A stretch of DNA of 64,000 nucleotides, taken from contig JYFJ02005370.1 of NCBI GenBank assembly GCA_000934665.2, positions 1 to 64,000 of the forward strand, in the 5' to 3' direction. Shown one piece after another: positions 1 through 12,100 of this stretch (within the stretch, counting starts at the first letter, position 1; every line of letters starts with the position of its first letter). The position numbers and the translations under genes are program-made. This stretch comes from Catajapyx aquilonaris. Its lineage: Eukaryota. The notes beneath the pieces are model-generated. The model saw only the letters and a list, made by a program, of their open reading frames with translations, was not told the DNA's origin and made no database searches.

Positions 1-1066
1 GAGGACTAGAGGGGGCAAAACTCCTTAGAACCAGTCTCCTTGGGGGGAAAAAAAAGTTGGGAGCCAAGACCGGACAGTGTATCTCTTAGAAAACGATTGG
101 AAAGCACGGTCCCAATTAACCACGATAATTAATCCGTTTCGAGTTGTACTGGCTCCTAAATTAATGAAAATGGTGCGCAGTCGGGTAGAAGGACATCAAA
201 GAGCGACAAAATTTCCTAGATGTTTCAGGCTGGCAAAAGCATTGTTGACAAAGGTTGTATGCAAGACGTAGGTCAAACTGCATGCCTAGGCTATATTTAT
301 TCAGGAGTCTCAGGCATGCTCCAAAACCTGTCCGAATATTTGCAGTCCAGAATGGTCTCGAGAGAGTGGAAGAGAGAAACAAATGTCCAAGTTTATTCAG
401 AGTAGGAGGTATAATCCAGAAGTCCGGTTCCCTTTTTTTTATGTCCCAGTATATAAGAGGAAGAAAGAAATAAAAAAAATGGTGGAGCGTCATGCAAGTT
501 CATTACGGTGGTAACGTCGGTGTCGTGTCCCTCAGGAGCAATGAGATCTGTGCAACAAGCAGCCTATCACCGGCGAAAACTTTCCCGAAATTATTCATGC
601 ATTTTTCCGCCAAAATCTGCCATAATAAAAAAAGAGAGGACCGTTCTTTCAAACGCTTTCAAGAAACTTGGCGTCTTGAAGGAGTTGCTTTCTCAACAGA
701 GTATCTCTTCACGATACTAATGAGGGCCAATTAAAACTGTAATCACATAGGGTACATAGCATTTCCCTTGATGCAATGGCTCTTAAAGCGTTAATCGGGC
801 CTTATATCTTATACATCGCAACGCACGCGTTATTCCACTCAAATGAAGCGATTTCAGGCGTATTAACGTCAGCTCCACATTGCATTCAGCTTTTCAAGTG
901 GCGTTAAGAGATCTTCGCTCAACCTCCTCAACTTTCAACGTTAAAGAGATGGAGAAATGCAAAAAAAAAAAAAAGGTATTATACAGATTTTCAATTTTTT
1001 TATTGAGGGGTCACTGGCTGTTAGGAATTCTGTTGCCAAATGACCCCGCACGCTTCGTAATAATTA

Positions 1067-1218
1067 AGGCGCGTTTACATGTGGGAGATTTGACTATCGA
1101 AGCCTTCGCCTAGGCTGAAATTAACAATCGATTTTCGCCTCAAACAATATTGGTTACTTGGATCACTCAGCCTCGGCGAAGAATTCGCTCGTCAAATCGC
1201 CCACATATAAACACACTT
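1067..1218. mobile_element. PIF/Harbinger (Tourist-like) MITE, family A, older copy
   Basis: TIRs AGGCGCGTTTACATGTGGGAGATTTGAC / GTCAAATCGCCCACATATAAACACACTT, with TTA on both sides (1064-1066, 1219-1221). Homologous to 7884-8013. Confidence 0.85.
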
Positions 1219-4200
1219 TTATTCGGCGTCCCGCTAGGGAGCGTTCAGAAACGGAAAACTGGTGGTGATTACAGACCCACGTAAGGTTGAAAATAATACA
1301 GGATGGGTGCATTTATGGCGTGCTGAGTGAAACTGAACAGACGGCTACTCTCGTCCGTATCTGTAAATTCGGTGAGCAGGAAAGGCCCATTTTGGATGTG
1401 ATTTCATGTTTCTTGCTGATGGAATAAAACTGAATGTAGCATTAAAAAACTCCGGCGCTATGTAGTGCTGGAATGGACAAAGCCGGGGAATCAAGTACAG
1501 CCCCCGATTCGAGTAATGGCAGATTTTACAACAAGGGATCATATTATTGGTCAGTTTATAAGCTTAAGGCAGGAATAAAATTTTAACAAGAGAAATAAAA
1601 CGGATTAATGGATTTTCAACACAGATGTAAACTGCGACGGTTCCATTTGTAAAGAATGCATAAAAGGCCGGAACGTAGCGTTTCCGAGCACAGAGATTTT
1701 AATTCAGTGTCCTATATGCGTAGCCACTGCAGGTTTTTGGGCGTTCGGTGAGCAGAGTATTATTGCGCATAAAACCGGCTGTCAAACACGTCCATGCAAA
1801 GAGGATGACAGAAAAAACACGCATAAAATCGGGTAAAAATCAACAAATGTGTCGCGAATCGGGGTCACCCAAAAACAATAGTTGGTACCCATCCAATGGA
1901 CTCTCTCGGACACATTGAAGAGCATTAAACCCGTTACACGTCGAATTACGCCTCCAGGCATGATTGAAATACTTAAAATTAATTTCAGGCACGAAAGTGC
2001 CATTTTCGCCCATTACTTGATTCATACCCTGTCAGTCAACATTGGAGACAAGTTATGCAACTATTCACGGTGTAATGGATATGGCGACGAGCCGACCTGA
2101 TAAAGCAATATGGCTGCTAACGGTTAACGGGTTTGCAGATTAATAGCTCTGGTTATTACGCCTCCTTACAACAAAATCAATTACGGCTCGCGTGCTTGCG
2201 TCCATAACCAAAGCATCAGTGTGAAGCTACCAGGTAAGTGTCCATTTTTTACACAAAAAAAACTTCATTAGTATGGGACCCAACACTATAGGTAAAAAGT
2301 CCATAAAGATATGCAGAGAAGTTTGAATTGCCGTGTGGATCACGACGATACATGTCTCATGCTTAGGTCAAAGGCAAAAGATCAATTCCCCTTTGTTTAT
2401 AGGTGACGTGAAAATTTATCAACTGAACCCATGCGCTAATTCGAGTTTTAATGTCTTCTTTTATTGGCACCATATATAGACCATAAACGCATCTATGATG
2501 TCAGGCCCACAAGTGAACACTTTGTACTGATAAAAACGTTGTGATATGACTCTCTAGTTGAACCCGATGGAAACTATGAAGCAGAGGTATGAGGCGCTAC
2601 AGGTCCAGGTAACCTAACAACGTTACTGACGCACTTCCTTTGAGGCATATTGAACCCATGTTTAGTCGCTTCACGGATGCCTGCTCCCAAAACTAGAGTT
2701 TCTGACCGCTTAAATAGGTACTCGTTTCACTAGCAATGTACACGATTCCAACCAGGTAGACAAAATCTTGGAAAGTGGAGGAACGCTTAGACTCTTAGAG
2801 CAACATTCCACTTTGCCCGAGTCAACAGCAATTTCCAGCTGAGCTCGCATCTTGTTCCACAAATGGCTTCCAGAAGGTGCGGCGGCAAAGTCTGCCGAGT
2901 CCAGCTGTATTTTAAATTATAGTTTTAAAAGTCTGTCCCCGGCATCCGATTCATTACTGGCTCTATTTTTCCTTCTTTTTATATTAATGGCGCCGGCGGC
3001 AGCCGGCGGATAAACACTCTCTTTATGTCCGGAGCACACAAGTAGATCACGTAGTTTGCTTTTATTGCCGTGTTAATATCGTCCATTGCTGACAGTAACA
3101 GGGGGCCAAGCATTCAGAACAGGTGTGTCCCATGAAAAGTGCGGGGCGCAATTTTCTCCTTGTTTGTTTCCGGCAATTAAAAAAGTTATCCCCACTTTAT
3201 GTGCGGATAGACCAAAATTAACGAGCTTGGTTATGGTTCATTTAAGTTTAATAAGACACTAGGGTCGCGTCAAGTGCGACTTTGTACTCTTCTGTTCAAG
3301 GGCTTTCGTTCACTTCCCTATACCCCCCCCCCCCNCCCCCCCCCCCCAACCCTAGCACCCTTCTACCCCCAGAACCACACCAAAGTTACAGTCTCGTGTC
3401 CGGACTGCCATAGTGGCCCTTAGTTTCTCACCCACTCGGAAGTGGTAGAGTACCAGTTACTTTAATGTCCCGAGATCAAAAAGGTGGGTCAAGTTACATT
3501 TTTTGGCTAGTGTGTACATTGCAGAATTATTATTTTGCAGGTATGCTGTGAATTCATGCATATTATGGAATTCATATGTCCATATGCAGAAAGTGGACGT
3601 GCAGGTGCCGGAACGTTTCAGGGGGACATTTCAACCAAACACGAGCTGTAAAAAAATATAATTAAGATGGAAATGACTCTAGGCTAGCTCATTATTACAC
3701 ACAGACCTCCAAAAAAAAGTGGGCTGGTCCTGTTCAAAAAGTCGTTCGCACCGAATTAATAGGCCCATATCGCCACGATTCGTAATTATCCCTATAGTTT
3801 AATCCAATTTCACGGATAGTTGGCACCGTGTGACTGGAATAACTTGGTAGACTGTAATTGGAGTCAGGAGCGAGAGAAAAACGACCCAAACTCACCCACT
3901 TTTTTCCCCATTGCCCCAATAGCTCATCCAGTATTCCCACACACAAAAAACTCTAATATTTCTACCCCCACGTTATGATTTCATGGGTCAGATTTTGCAA
4001 AAAAAAAAAAACTATTTCTTGAACCGGGGTCATAGGTTGTGCAAAATTTCCTAATTGCGTCCCTGCACGTGCTACTACCCCTCGGGGGTAAAACATTTTA
4101 CGATTTCCTGCATCGTGCAACAGCGCTAGAGCAAGCAAACCTAATCTATTACCACCTTGTCTTTGGGGCGCCGGCAGAATTGCAGTGTTTGCTTACGTGC

Positions 4201-5403
4201 GGCCTGATTAATTAAACCAGAAAATACAAGGCAAAAGTCTGGCAATTAGCCGTCGCCAACACCGAGGCTCTCGCTCCAAATTAGCGAGGGAAAAATGCGA
4301 TATTTATGGCCCTGCAGCAGGTCTGTCCCCACACATAAGAGTATAGCTGGTACACCCATTTGGAGAGGGTAGGGCGTGGAAAACAAGCGAGTACTGACTG
4401 TAAAATATTGAGAGATTAGTGCGAATAAAATGGCCCCACCTTGGCCTTCTCAGGATGCCTATGGTCCAACATGATTTATCCGCAACACCTCGCCTAGCCA
4501 CAATCCTCAAACGCACCTATTACTTTTGGAAATTGGCAAGGCTGGAACCAATTAGAGCAGGCCCCTAGTATTAATTCCATGATCCTCTCTGCTTGAATGA
4601 ACGGGTGGGGAGGGTAGGATAGGCGGTGGAGGGAGGTTGAATAAAATAGGGGAGTCGGTGCCGGAACATTTCTCACACTAATAATCCGTGGAAGAACAAA
4701 GGGTGACACCTTTTCGCAGCCTGTACAATCAGAGCAAGTCGGCCATGATATCTGGCATTAACTTCCCATTATTACCCACACTGTGGAAGAAAAGCGTGAT
4801 GTATGTACCTTCCTCTTAAAGTCGGGGTGTCTACTAAGGCATTCATAAATTCAGTATGGTGGTCGCTTGCTGCTGGGAAACACCCCTCCAAGAATTGAGG
4901 TCACGTGAAATTTCCAAAACTCTATTTCGAGCTAGCATTATTCTCTCCTTCCTCATTTAAATATACTGTAAGTCATATAAGGTATTTGCCAATCAAGCCA
5001 CTCACTTCTGCCCAAATACCAACACCACTGTAATGGTAAATCAATATTTAATTTCTTCCCGGAGCTTATTAGAAACGTTCATATTTGACACTTACTTTAA
5101 TAATCAAGTTTAGATTGCACCAGCTCTATTCTTCTTGAAAATCACTCCACGAGTTTCATTAAGGCCAAAATATCTATGCGCCATTGATCCAGAAGGTGAT
5201 TTTTTTCTTCAAAAAAAAAAACCGTTTCTTATTCTTCCTTCGGTTCTAAAGACGCTCACTTCTAATAATATTGAATTGATGATATTGAGTAGTTGCACGA
5301 AAAGAAGGCTAGGCAAAACGTGCTTCACGGTCAGTTTCAATTAGAGACTTGCCTGCTGCTGCCTCAGCATGTGCTTTAAGAATAGGCAAACTTGCAAATT
5401 GAA

Positions 5404-5549
5404 CTAAACTCTTTTAGACAGTCTCCTTTTTTCCCCTCTTCCCCACCCACTCTCCAAACACCATTCCCTCCTTCTCCCACGAAAAGAATGTAAATGAGCA
5501 GCCAAGATGAACAAAGCTGATGCGAGTGCAAATAAACCAGAGCCACGGG
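5404..5549 (-). CDS. Candidate terminal exon with a hydrophobic membrane-anchor segment
   Basis: Acceptor TGTTTGCTGTTTTAG. Phase-1 reading gives ARGSGLFALASALFILAAHLHSFRGRRREW...KRV*, a hydrophobic run followed by a basic cluster. Other phase-1 acceptors exist nearby, so this is tentative. Confidence 0.3.
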
Positions 5550-6260
5550 CTAAAACAGCAAACATGCATGAATACATTGCATAGCCTTTCTCATCAAAGC
5601 TTCCAAGCTGCTATATTGAAAAATAGTCTATCGATACAAGCCAGAGGCTTCGAATATGTTCAAAAGCTTCATTAGCTTCAGAAAATCAGGAAGGCATGCT
5701 CTGATCCCCATAGCGCCCTCCACCGTAAAGGCCTATAAGGATACTCCTTTAAAAGAGAGGTTAGAATCAAGGGACTAATCAACCTTCTTTGAACACTCCC
5801 GCGAGTTTAATAACCTTGTGCAAACCCTTCAGTTTGTTGCGAGCTCAGAGGAAATTACATTAAATTTGAGTTGACTCTTCTCTCCCAAGTTTTGGACTCC
5901 CATTTCTCACCAGGAAGAAAGTCTTGAAAATCATGCCAAATGCAGGCTTGCTGTCCTATTCGATTCAGTGGGTACAGTGACCATCTACCAATTCCAGGAC
6001 GGGCTTTAAGCGCGTGATCAGAAGCAAGGGAAACTCGAAACATTGATTGTGATGAGTGGAGTGGCAAAAAGGTAATCGAGGGGGGCTGGTGGCGCAGGAG
6101 ACTGATTATGCAAGGACAGATTCATTCTGAGGGACAGCGTTGCAACCCACTTCTCGCACCAGTACTTCACTCAATAGTATGGACAGACACGAGCGCAAAT
6201 AATGCGGATACCATAGCCTATCAGAAGCCTATTGGCGTCTCTTGTGGTATCAAGCGCTCG

Positions 6261-6330
6261 GACGAACGCGGACGAAGGCTGACGAACGCTTCCGAACGCT
6301 GCCGATCGCTACCGAATGTTGCCGAATCTT
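6261..6330. repeat. Seven in-phase degenerate 10-bp tandem repeats
   Basis: GACGAACGCG GACGAAGGCT GACGAACGCT TCCGAACGCT GCCGATCGCT ACCGAATGTT GCCGAATCTT. Confidence 0.8.
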
Positions 6331-7883
6331 GACAAGAATGCTGATTGCGTTCTACATGGTCACCAATTATTAGCTATAAAGAAGTAGGGAGGTATATGCA
6401 TGTTCTAATCGAATTTTATTCTTACGCCCTGATAATCTGGCCAATATATGCAAAAACCTGCTTAAAATAATTCATAATATCCTCCTTCGCTCGTTGGATC
6501 AATTTTAAAGCGCCTCCAAGGTATTTTTCTTGAGCAAAACAGCAAGCAAAACAACTGAAAACGTAAACAATGGGGATCAGAGGTTTGGAGCCGCCCCTAT
6601 GCCTAACGCTGACTGAAGTCAACCAGCAGTGACATATTTCTCCCCTCGGGGTCCAAGCAACAGAGAGGGGAAGGGGAGAAAAATCCATGAGTCTGTATGC
6701 TAAATAGCGAGGCATGGAACGATATTCCACCCACGACATGCTGGCGTTGTTGCTGTGAGCAATAAATAAATTACGGAGAGAAGGGCTGGCTCCCAAAATT
6801 TAGAGCCAAGCTCCGCTTATCCACATAATAGAAAGGGCAAACTAATAGACTTCGTCTAGGATAAGATTCCTTCTCAAGAAGCTGAGACAAAAAAAAGAAG
6901 CTATAGTGTGTGAAGATTACTCCCAAAATTACGATCTCAGTGAAAGAATTGCGGGTCGTTCTAAAAGCATCTGCTCATTCTCGCTGGGAAAATGGACATC
7001 CAGACAACGCCCAGCCATGATGAGAGTTACGACCATGTAATGGTGAGTAGTAGCCTGACAAGTTTCGCTCGTAAAAAAAACAGACCAAAAAAAAGAAGTC
7101 ATCTCCAAAAAATTCGCACACCAGGTTTAGAACAAGCCACACAAAATCTTAGGCTCATTACGGGCCAGAGGTTATTACATTTAAAGTGCAAGAGGGGTGG
7201 GGTTGAATCCACGCAAAACGTTGTGTGCACTTGGAATTTGCATTACAGGTCTCGAGTCTGCACTTGCGCTAAAAGGAAAGGCCTATGGTACAAAGAACCC
7301 TCCTTCCTCCTTCCTCCTACCTGTTCGTTCATTATGCAAGTTGTGACATTTGGTAGACTGGAAGCATTGCAAGGACCGAGTGCGATAGTTGACTAGATTA
7401 GGGATGAAAAGTGCGGGGGTCTCCGCCGGGACAAGTTTGGGAGCCGAGTCGACTGCCCTCGCGTTCTGTACACACTGTCTCATTCCGGAGGAAAATTAGC
7501 CCAGCTTGGCTCCGCAGTGATTAGGAGGTGAGGGCTGAGGAAACTTCAACTCACGTTCTACCTTCATTCAATTATTTCTTGCCAGCATGCATGAAAATTT
7601 GAACGCTCTCGGCTTTTGCTTCTGTGCGCCGGGCGGCAAAGGCTGCTAGGCACTGGATTCAATTTGGCAGCTGGCAGCTGGGAAAAGTGTACAAGTTAAA
7701 AGCTTCTTCCAAGACGTCTTCATGCAGCTTTTTTGGGGGGAGGTAGAAGAAGCCTGGATCACATTCCTTGCTCTGAGTGATGTCTTACGCTTCAAGATAC
7801 TGCGGCTAAAGATACCATGCCAACCAGTATGAACCAGAAGCATTCGCACCTTGGTAGCTACTGACTCTTATAGATATGACTAA

Positions 7884-8013
7884 AGGTGCGTTTACATGTG
7901 AGCGATTTGACTATCGAAATCTTCGCCGAATCTATTTTCGCCTAAAACAATATTGGGCTACTCTGCCTCGGCGAAGGCTTCGCTCGTCAAATCGCTCACA
8001 TGTAAACGCACCG
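7884..8013. mobile_element. PIF/Harbinger (Tourist-like) MITE, family A, younger copy
   Basis: Perfect 27-bp inverted repeat GGTGCGTTTACATGTGAGCGATTTGAC. TAA target-site duplication at 7881-7883 and 8014-8016. Confidence 0.9.
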
Positions 8014-9024
8014 TAACTCGGATCGAGATTTGCGTGAAATGGGTATCGTGTGTTACGTCCACTGCTCTCTCCAGCGCCCAGATATACTGGGTGTTATAAT
8101 GTGTGAAGTTTGTGTCAGTTTATAAGGATTACGCCCTCTCTCCCCTATACAGAAAGACAGCAAGAGAGATAAATCACACGACATTTCTTCCCCCCCCCCC
8201 NCCCCCCCCCCGCCCCCTTTTGCGGTGTCTGGAGACATGAGATAAGACGTCGAATAAGCCATGTGATCTACCTAGACACGTTTCGGTGAACAAAATTAAT
8301 TGCATATCTAGCATGGTGAAGTGATATCTCTCACGTCAGCTTCATCAACGCTGGTAATTTGATAATTCTCGATTTGTGGTTAATTGCCGAGCATGTGGTA
8401 GTTCGCTTCATTATTCAGATATTCCTATTAGTTGTTATTGCTATTCTTTCTGGGGAAAAAGACCTTGAAGTGCCGATATTATTGAAGTTAACCATTATCA
8501 TGAAGTAATTAAAGCAAGAAAGGCCCATGAGCTATTCCAGCATAAGGTAATTATGAGGAACAAATATTAATATGAAAATTAAATTGAGGTAGTGTTACTA
8601 GACATTTCAATGTAGGGGCTACTGCATATTCATTTTAATTATTGTACATTGCCTGTGTGTTTTTGCACATCAATGCTGACGTTGACAGTATTCCCTAAGG
8701 CAGTGTTAGACACGGAGATTCCAGGCAGAATGTTTCAAATATAGATTTAATAATACCAGTAATATCCTGCATTATTGTGTCAAAGTGACAAAATGAACAA
8801 AAGCAGCTTCAAATGCCGTCAAATAGAAATGCTCACTGTCACGGACATTTTGGGAATGTGCTAGTCATAAATGTTCTTGGACGTCGCGTTAAACGTCCAA
8901 AAAAATCCTGCCTACCTATTTGGACTGTGACAGGTACGCGTCACTATATATATAAACTGATGCGCGCCTGTTATGAATACGCACACGGTGACTACAAATG
9001 TCGAATAACAAAAATGACACTTAC

Positions 9025-9197
9025 CTGGATAGTATATCATGCTTTTCCTGATGAAATGGTCAGTGTCAGGTATGAACAGGACGCACTCGAACTCCGTTCC
9101 GGGCTCCAAGTTCTTGTCGTAGAACACCCTCCAGAGAACCACGTCGTAGGCGCCGTTCCTCTCCGTTACGTGCATTGTGGCACCTTGTACGGCAGTG
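9025..9197 (-). CDS. Coding exon 4: C-terminal half of the second Ig domain
   Basis: TTTTTCTTTTCAG|C ACT GCC...TAT CCA G|GTAAGT; 173 nt, phase 2 to 1. Encodes TAVQGATMHVTERNGAYDVVLWRVFYDKNLEPGTEFECVLFIPDTDHFIRKSMIYYP and supplies the second Cys. Confidence 0.92.
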
Positions 9198-12100
9198 CTG
9201 AAAAGAAAAATATTTTTCCTCATCCGACTTCTTTTTTCCTTACACTCTCTTCTGACCGTGACACTGGACCTCAAAAAACGTCCCTTGAATAAGTCAAGAC
9301 CTGAATCTCGCCTTGGAAACAATTCGGTCAGAGACACCCCCTCTTACATATGAAATAGGCCAAACCTGCAAGAGCGCTCTATTCGTCTCCTTCTAAAAAT
9401 TCAACCCGAATTTCCTTCTTGTTTCACGTGATGTCCATAAAATGGAAGCCGGATTCCCATGAGATTTGCGAACTACTCTCGAGGGCACCTACTCCACAAA
9501 AAAAACTGGGGGCTGATAATGTTAGGGATTAGTAACTCAAACCTGGAAAAAAAATCACCTGGGTTGTTTTATAGACCTGCTTTCGATATCGGTTTCATCG
9601 CGGAAATTTTGGAACTCGCCTGAGGCTTCTGACAAAAAAAGTTACGTCCAGACGACGATTTGCATCAGTGTAATTCACGTCCCTAGTATCCAGATAATTT
9701 GGGTCCTATTCACACACCCATTTTTGGTGTGATGGTACTTACCGAAGATCATTATCAGGGCTGTGATACAACTCCACTTGGGGCGCCGGGTAAGCGCCGT
9801 CTGCCCTGCAGGTGATATTCACCGTATCATGGGTTGGTTTCCGCTGAGTCAATAAAAGACGTTTCTCCGGAGCTGAAACATAGGACCACATATGTAATTA
9901 GTACGTGCCTATCCAGTCCTCAATATAAAAGCAATTGCTGGAAAAGTTGAGTCACGACACTACCACCTAATGAGTTCCAAGCATTTCTCCAAATTATTTT
10001 GACAGCTGCAACATTTTGTACGGGGGGTGTATTTCATCGAGAAATTCCAGTACGTGTGTATCGCACGTGCAAGCCAAGCCAAAAAACAATTTGGAAACGT
10101 CCCTGGAATTCTTGAGTGGCAGGGCCTCGTCACGTACGAGGCATTTTTCTCGTTTAAAAAAAAAATCCAAGCCCGCCCCGAATCTCCAGGGCAAATTAAG
10201 TCGAGAAGAGAAGCGTCCAGTCGTAATAATGTGCAGATGAGGTCAATGTAAGTATGCAAATGCTGGAGGGAAAAGGAGGAGGGAGGAATGACGGATGGGG
10301 GGTGGGGGCCGAAAATGGCCAGGGAACAAGGGTAGAGGAGAAAAATGGAGGCGGGCTCGAGCTAACAGACGAAATATTGCGGTCTATTCCATTACCTTAT
10401 TCCGCAGAGGCAGGCGCCCCCTGGCAAATGGACTCGACTCTACCTGTTACGGGAAGATATGGATGCTTCTCCGGCTCTCGTTCATCTACTGCATGGAAAT
10501 GTTATGGGATTTCCCTCCTAATCCGAGCCCAAATGCACTTCTCATATTTTGTGCCATTCTCCTGCGCCCGAGCGAGAGAAGAGACTGGTTGTTAAGCGTA
10601 AGCCTACAGAATATGCGGAATGGCCTCCGTTCCAACCGCGGGTTTCTTTCACTTGGGAAAAGGTGGCAGCATATGCTGTGTGGGTGGAACCTACGTTTTT
10701 TCTGCTCTTCAAGATGATCCTTCGATCTAAATATTCGTATGGAAGCGGTATTGTGTGGAGCGAAATACTGGCCGTTTCGGGAATAGAACTTTGGTTGAGA
10801 GCATGACCAAATACTGGTGCTGCCTCTGTCTGCCGTTGGATCAAGTGACTGCAGTTTAGTAGGCCCCTAATAATATATCAACAAAGTATCTATTATAAAT
10901 TTAATTCCGAGAGATGGCTTGGTAAAATTAAAATATTATGCAGCGGAATGTATTGCATTAGAGATGTACCGTCAAAAGTGGTGAGATTGTGCCAGGTGAG
11001 ATGAGATTGTTCCATGGCATTTTTTAGACAATAGTGTGCACTACGGCTAATTTTACTGGTCATTGCCAGCCTTGACCATCTGAGTGTAGTGAAACATGCC
11101 TAAATTCGCCTGCTGCCAGTAAGGCGCACTTTTGGACAACAGTGCGCCCTACTGACGGTATAGCCTAAGTTTTGAACTGTATTAATAAATATTTATCCAC
11201 GCAACTCTGTTATTAAAATAAAGACTGTTTTCCAAACATAACTATTCAGAATCAGTTATCAATAAAGTCAAAAATTATTGTTTATTCTACAGCTTGTCAC
11301 CTGAACTATCGAGTCTACTTTCCTATACGACATATAAATCGACAATAGAGCGCTAATTTGTATTTCGCTTTGGTGGTAATGCCTATTTAAATTTTTCAGT
11401 GCACACTACTTTGCACAACAAATACATTAGCGACTGGAACTATGGTGATCAAAGCACTTTCTTGCACACAAGACTGACTGTATCAGGCAATTTAATATTG
11501 AAAATTTTGTCCACTAATTTACATCGCGCCACGAGTTAATGGGTAGAGTAGATTTTGTTGAAACATGGGCTAGACAAAAAAAAATCGTTATCGGCTGACA
11601 GTACGGTTGAAAAGCCCGTAATCGGTAAAACCACAACATCCGATCCCATGCAAAAGTCAGGCTTCGGCCAAGAAAAATACCGGCAAGCTAAATACACCAA
11701 GTCCATCCCCATCTAACCCAACTGTTTCCACTCTATTTAAAACGCCACGTGGAAAGTTCGCCTTTAAACTTTGGTGGAAGTATGGTAGGGGGGAATGGGG
11801 AGAGTGGGGGTGCTAGAAGTTTTAAAAAAAGAAAAAAAAAGAAAAAAAGAGAGAAAAAACATGGCTTGGCCTGAGTCCAACCCAGTTGAATGAGCGGCAA
11901 AGCTATTTGGAGCGCTCCCTTCTTGGGGTTCTGTGATACTTTGCCGAGGTCCCCACAGCTTGCCACGCTCTCTCGATGACGTTCAAAATGGATCCTGTCA
12001 CCACCGCCAAATTCGCCAGGGGAAATAATGAGGGATTTTTCCTCCCTTGCAAAAACCCCCCTAGTTCCTCCCAGGCACAATGTACCCTCTCCTTGCCCAT

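Noticed and set aside
6261..6330. CRISPR-like array
   Set aside because: Units are 10 bp, contiguous and spacer-free; the context is eukaryotic with no cas genes.
8912..9337. 141-aa ORF as an independent gene
   Set aside because: Only 9025-9197 is Ig-like and it is bounded by splice sites; the flanks are intron.
10967..11160. Possible pogo/Tc1-like MITE (TACCGTCA...TGACGGTA)
   Set aside because: The terminal match is only 8 bp, which is insufficient support.
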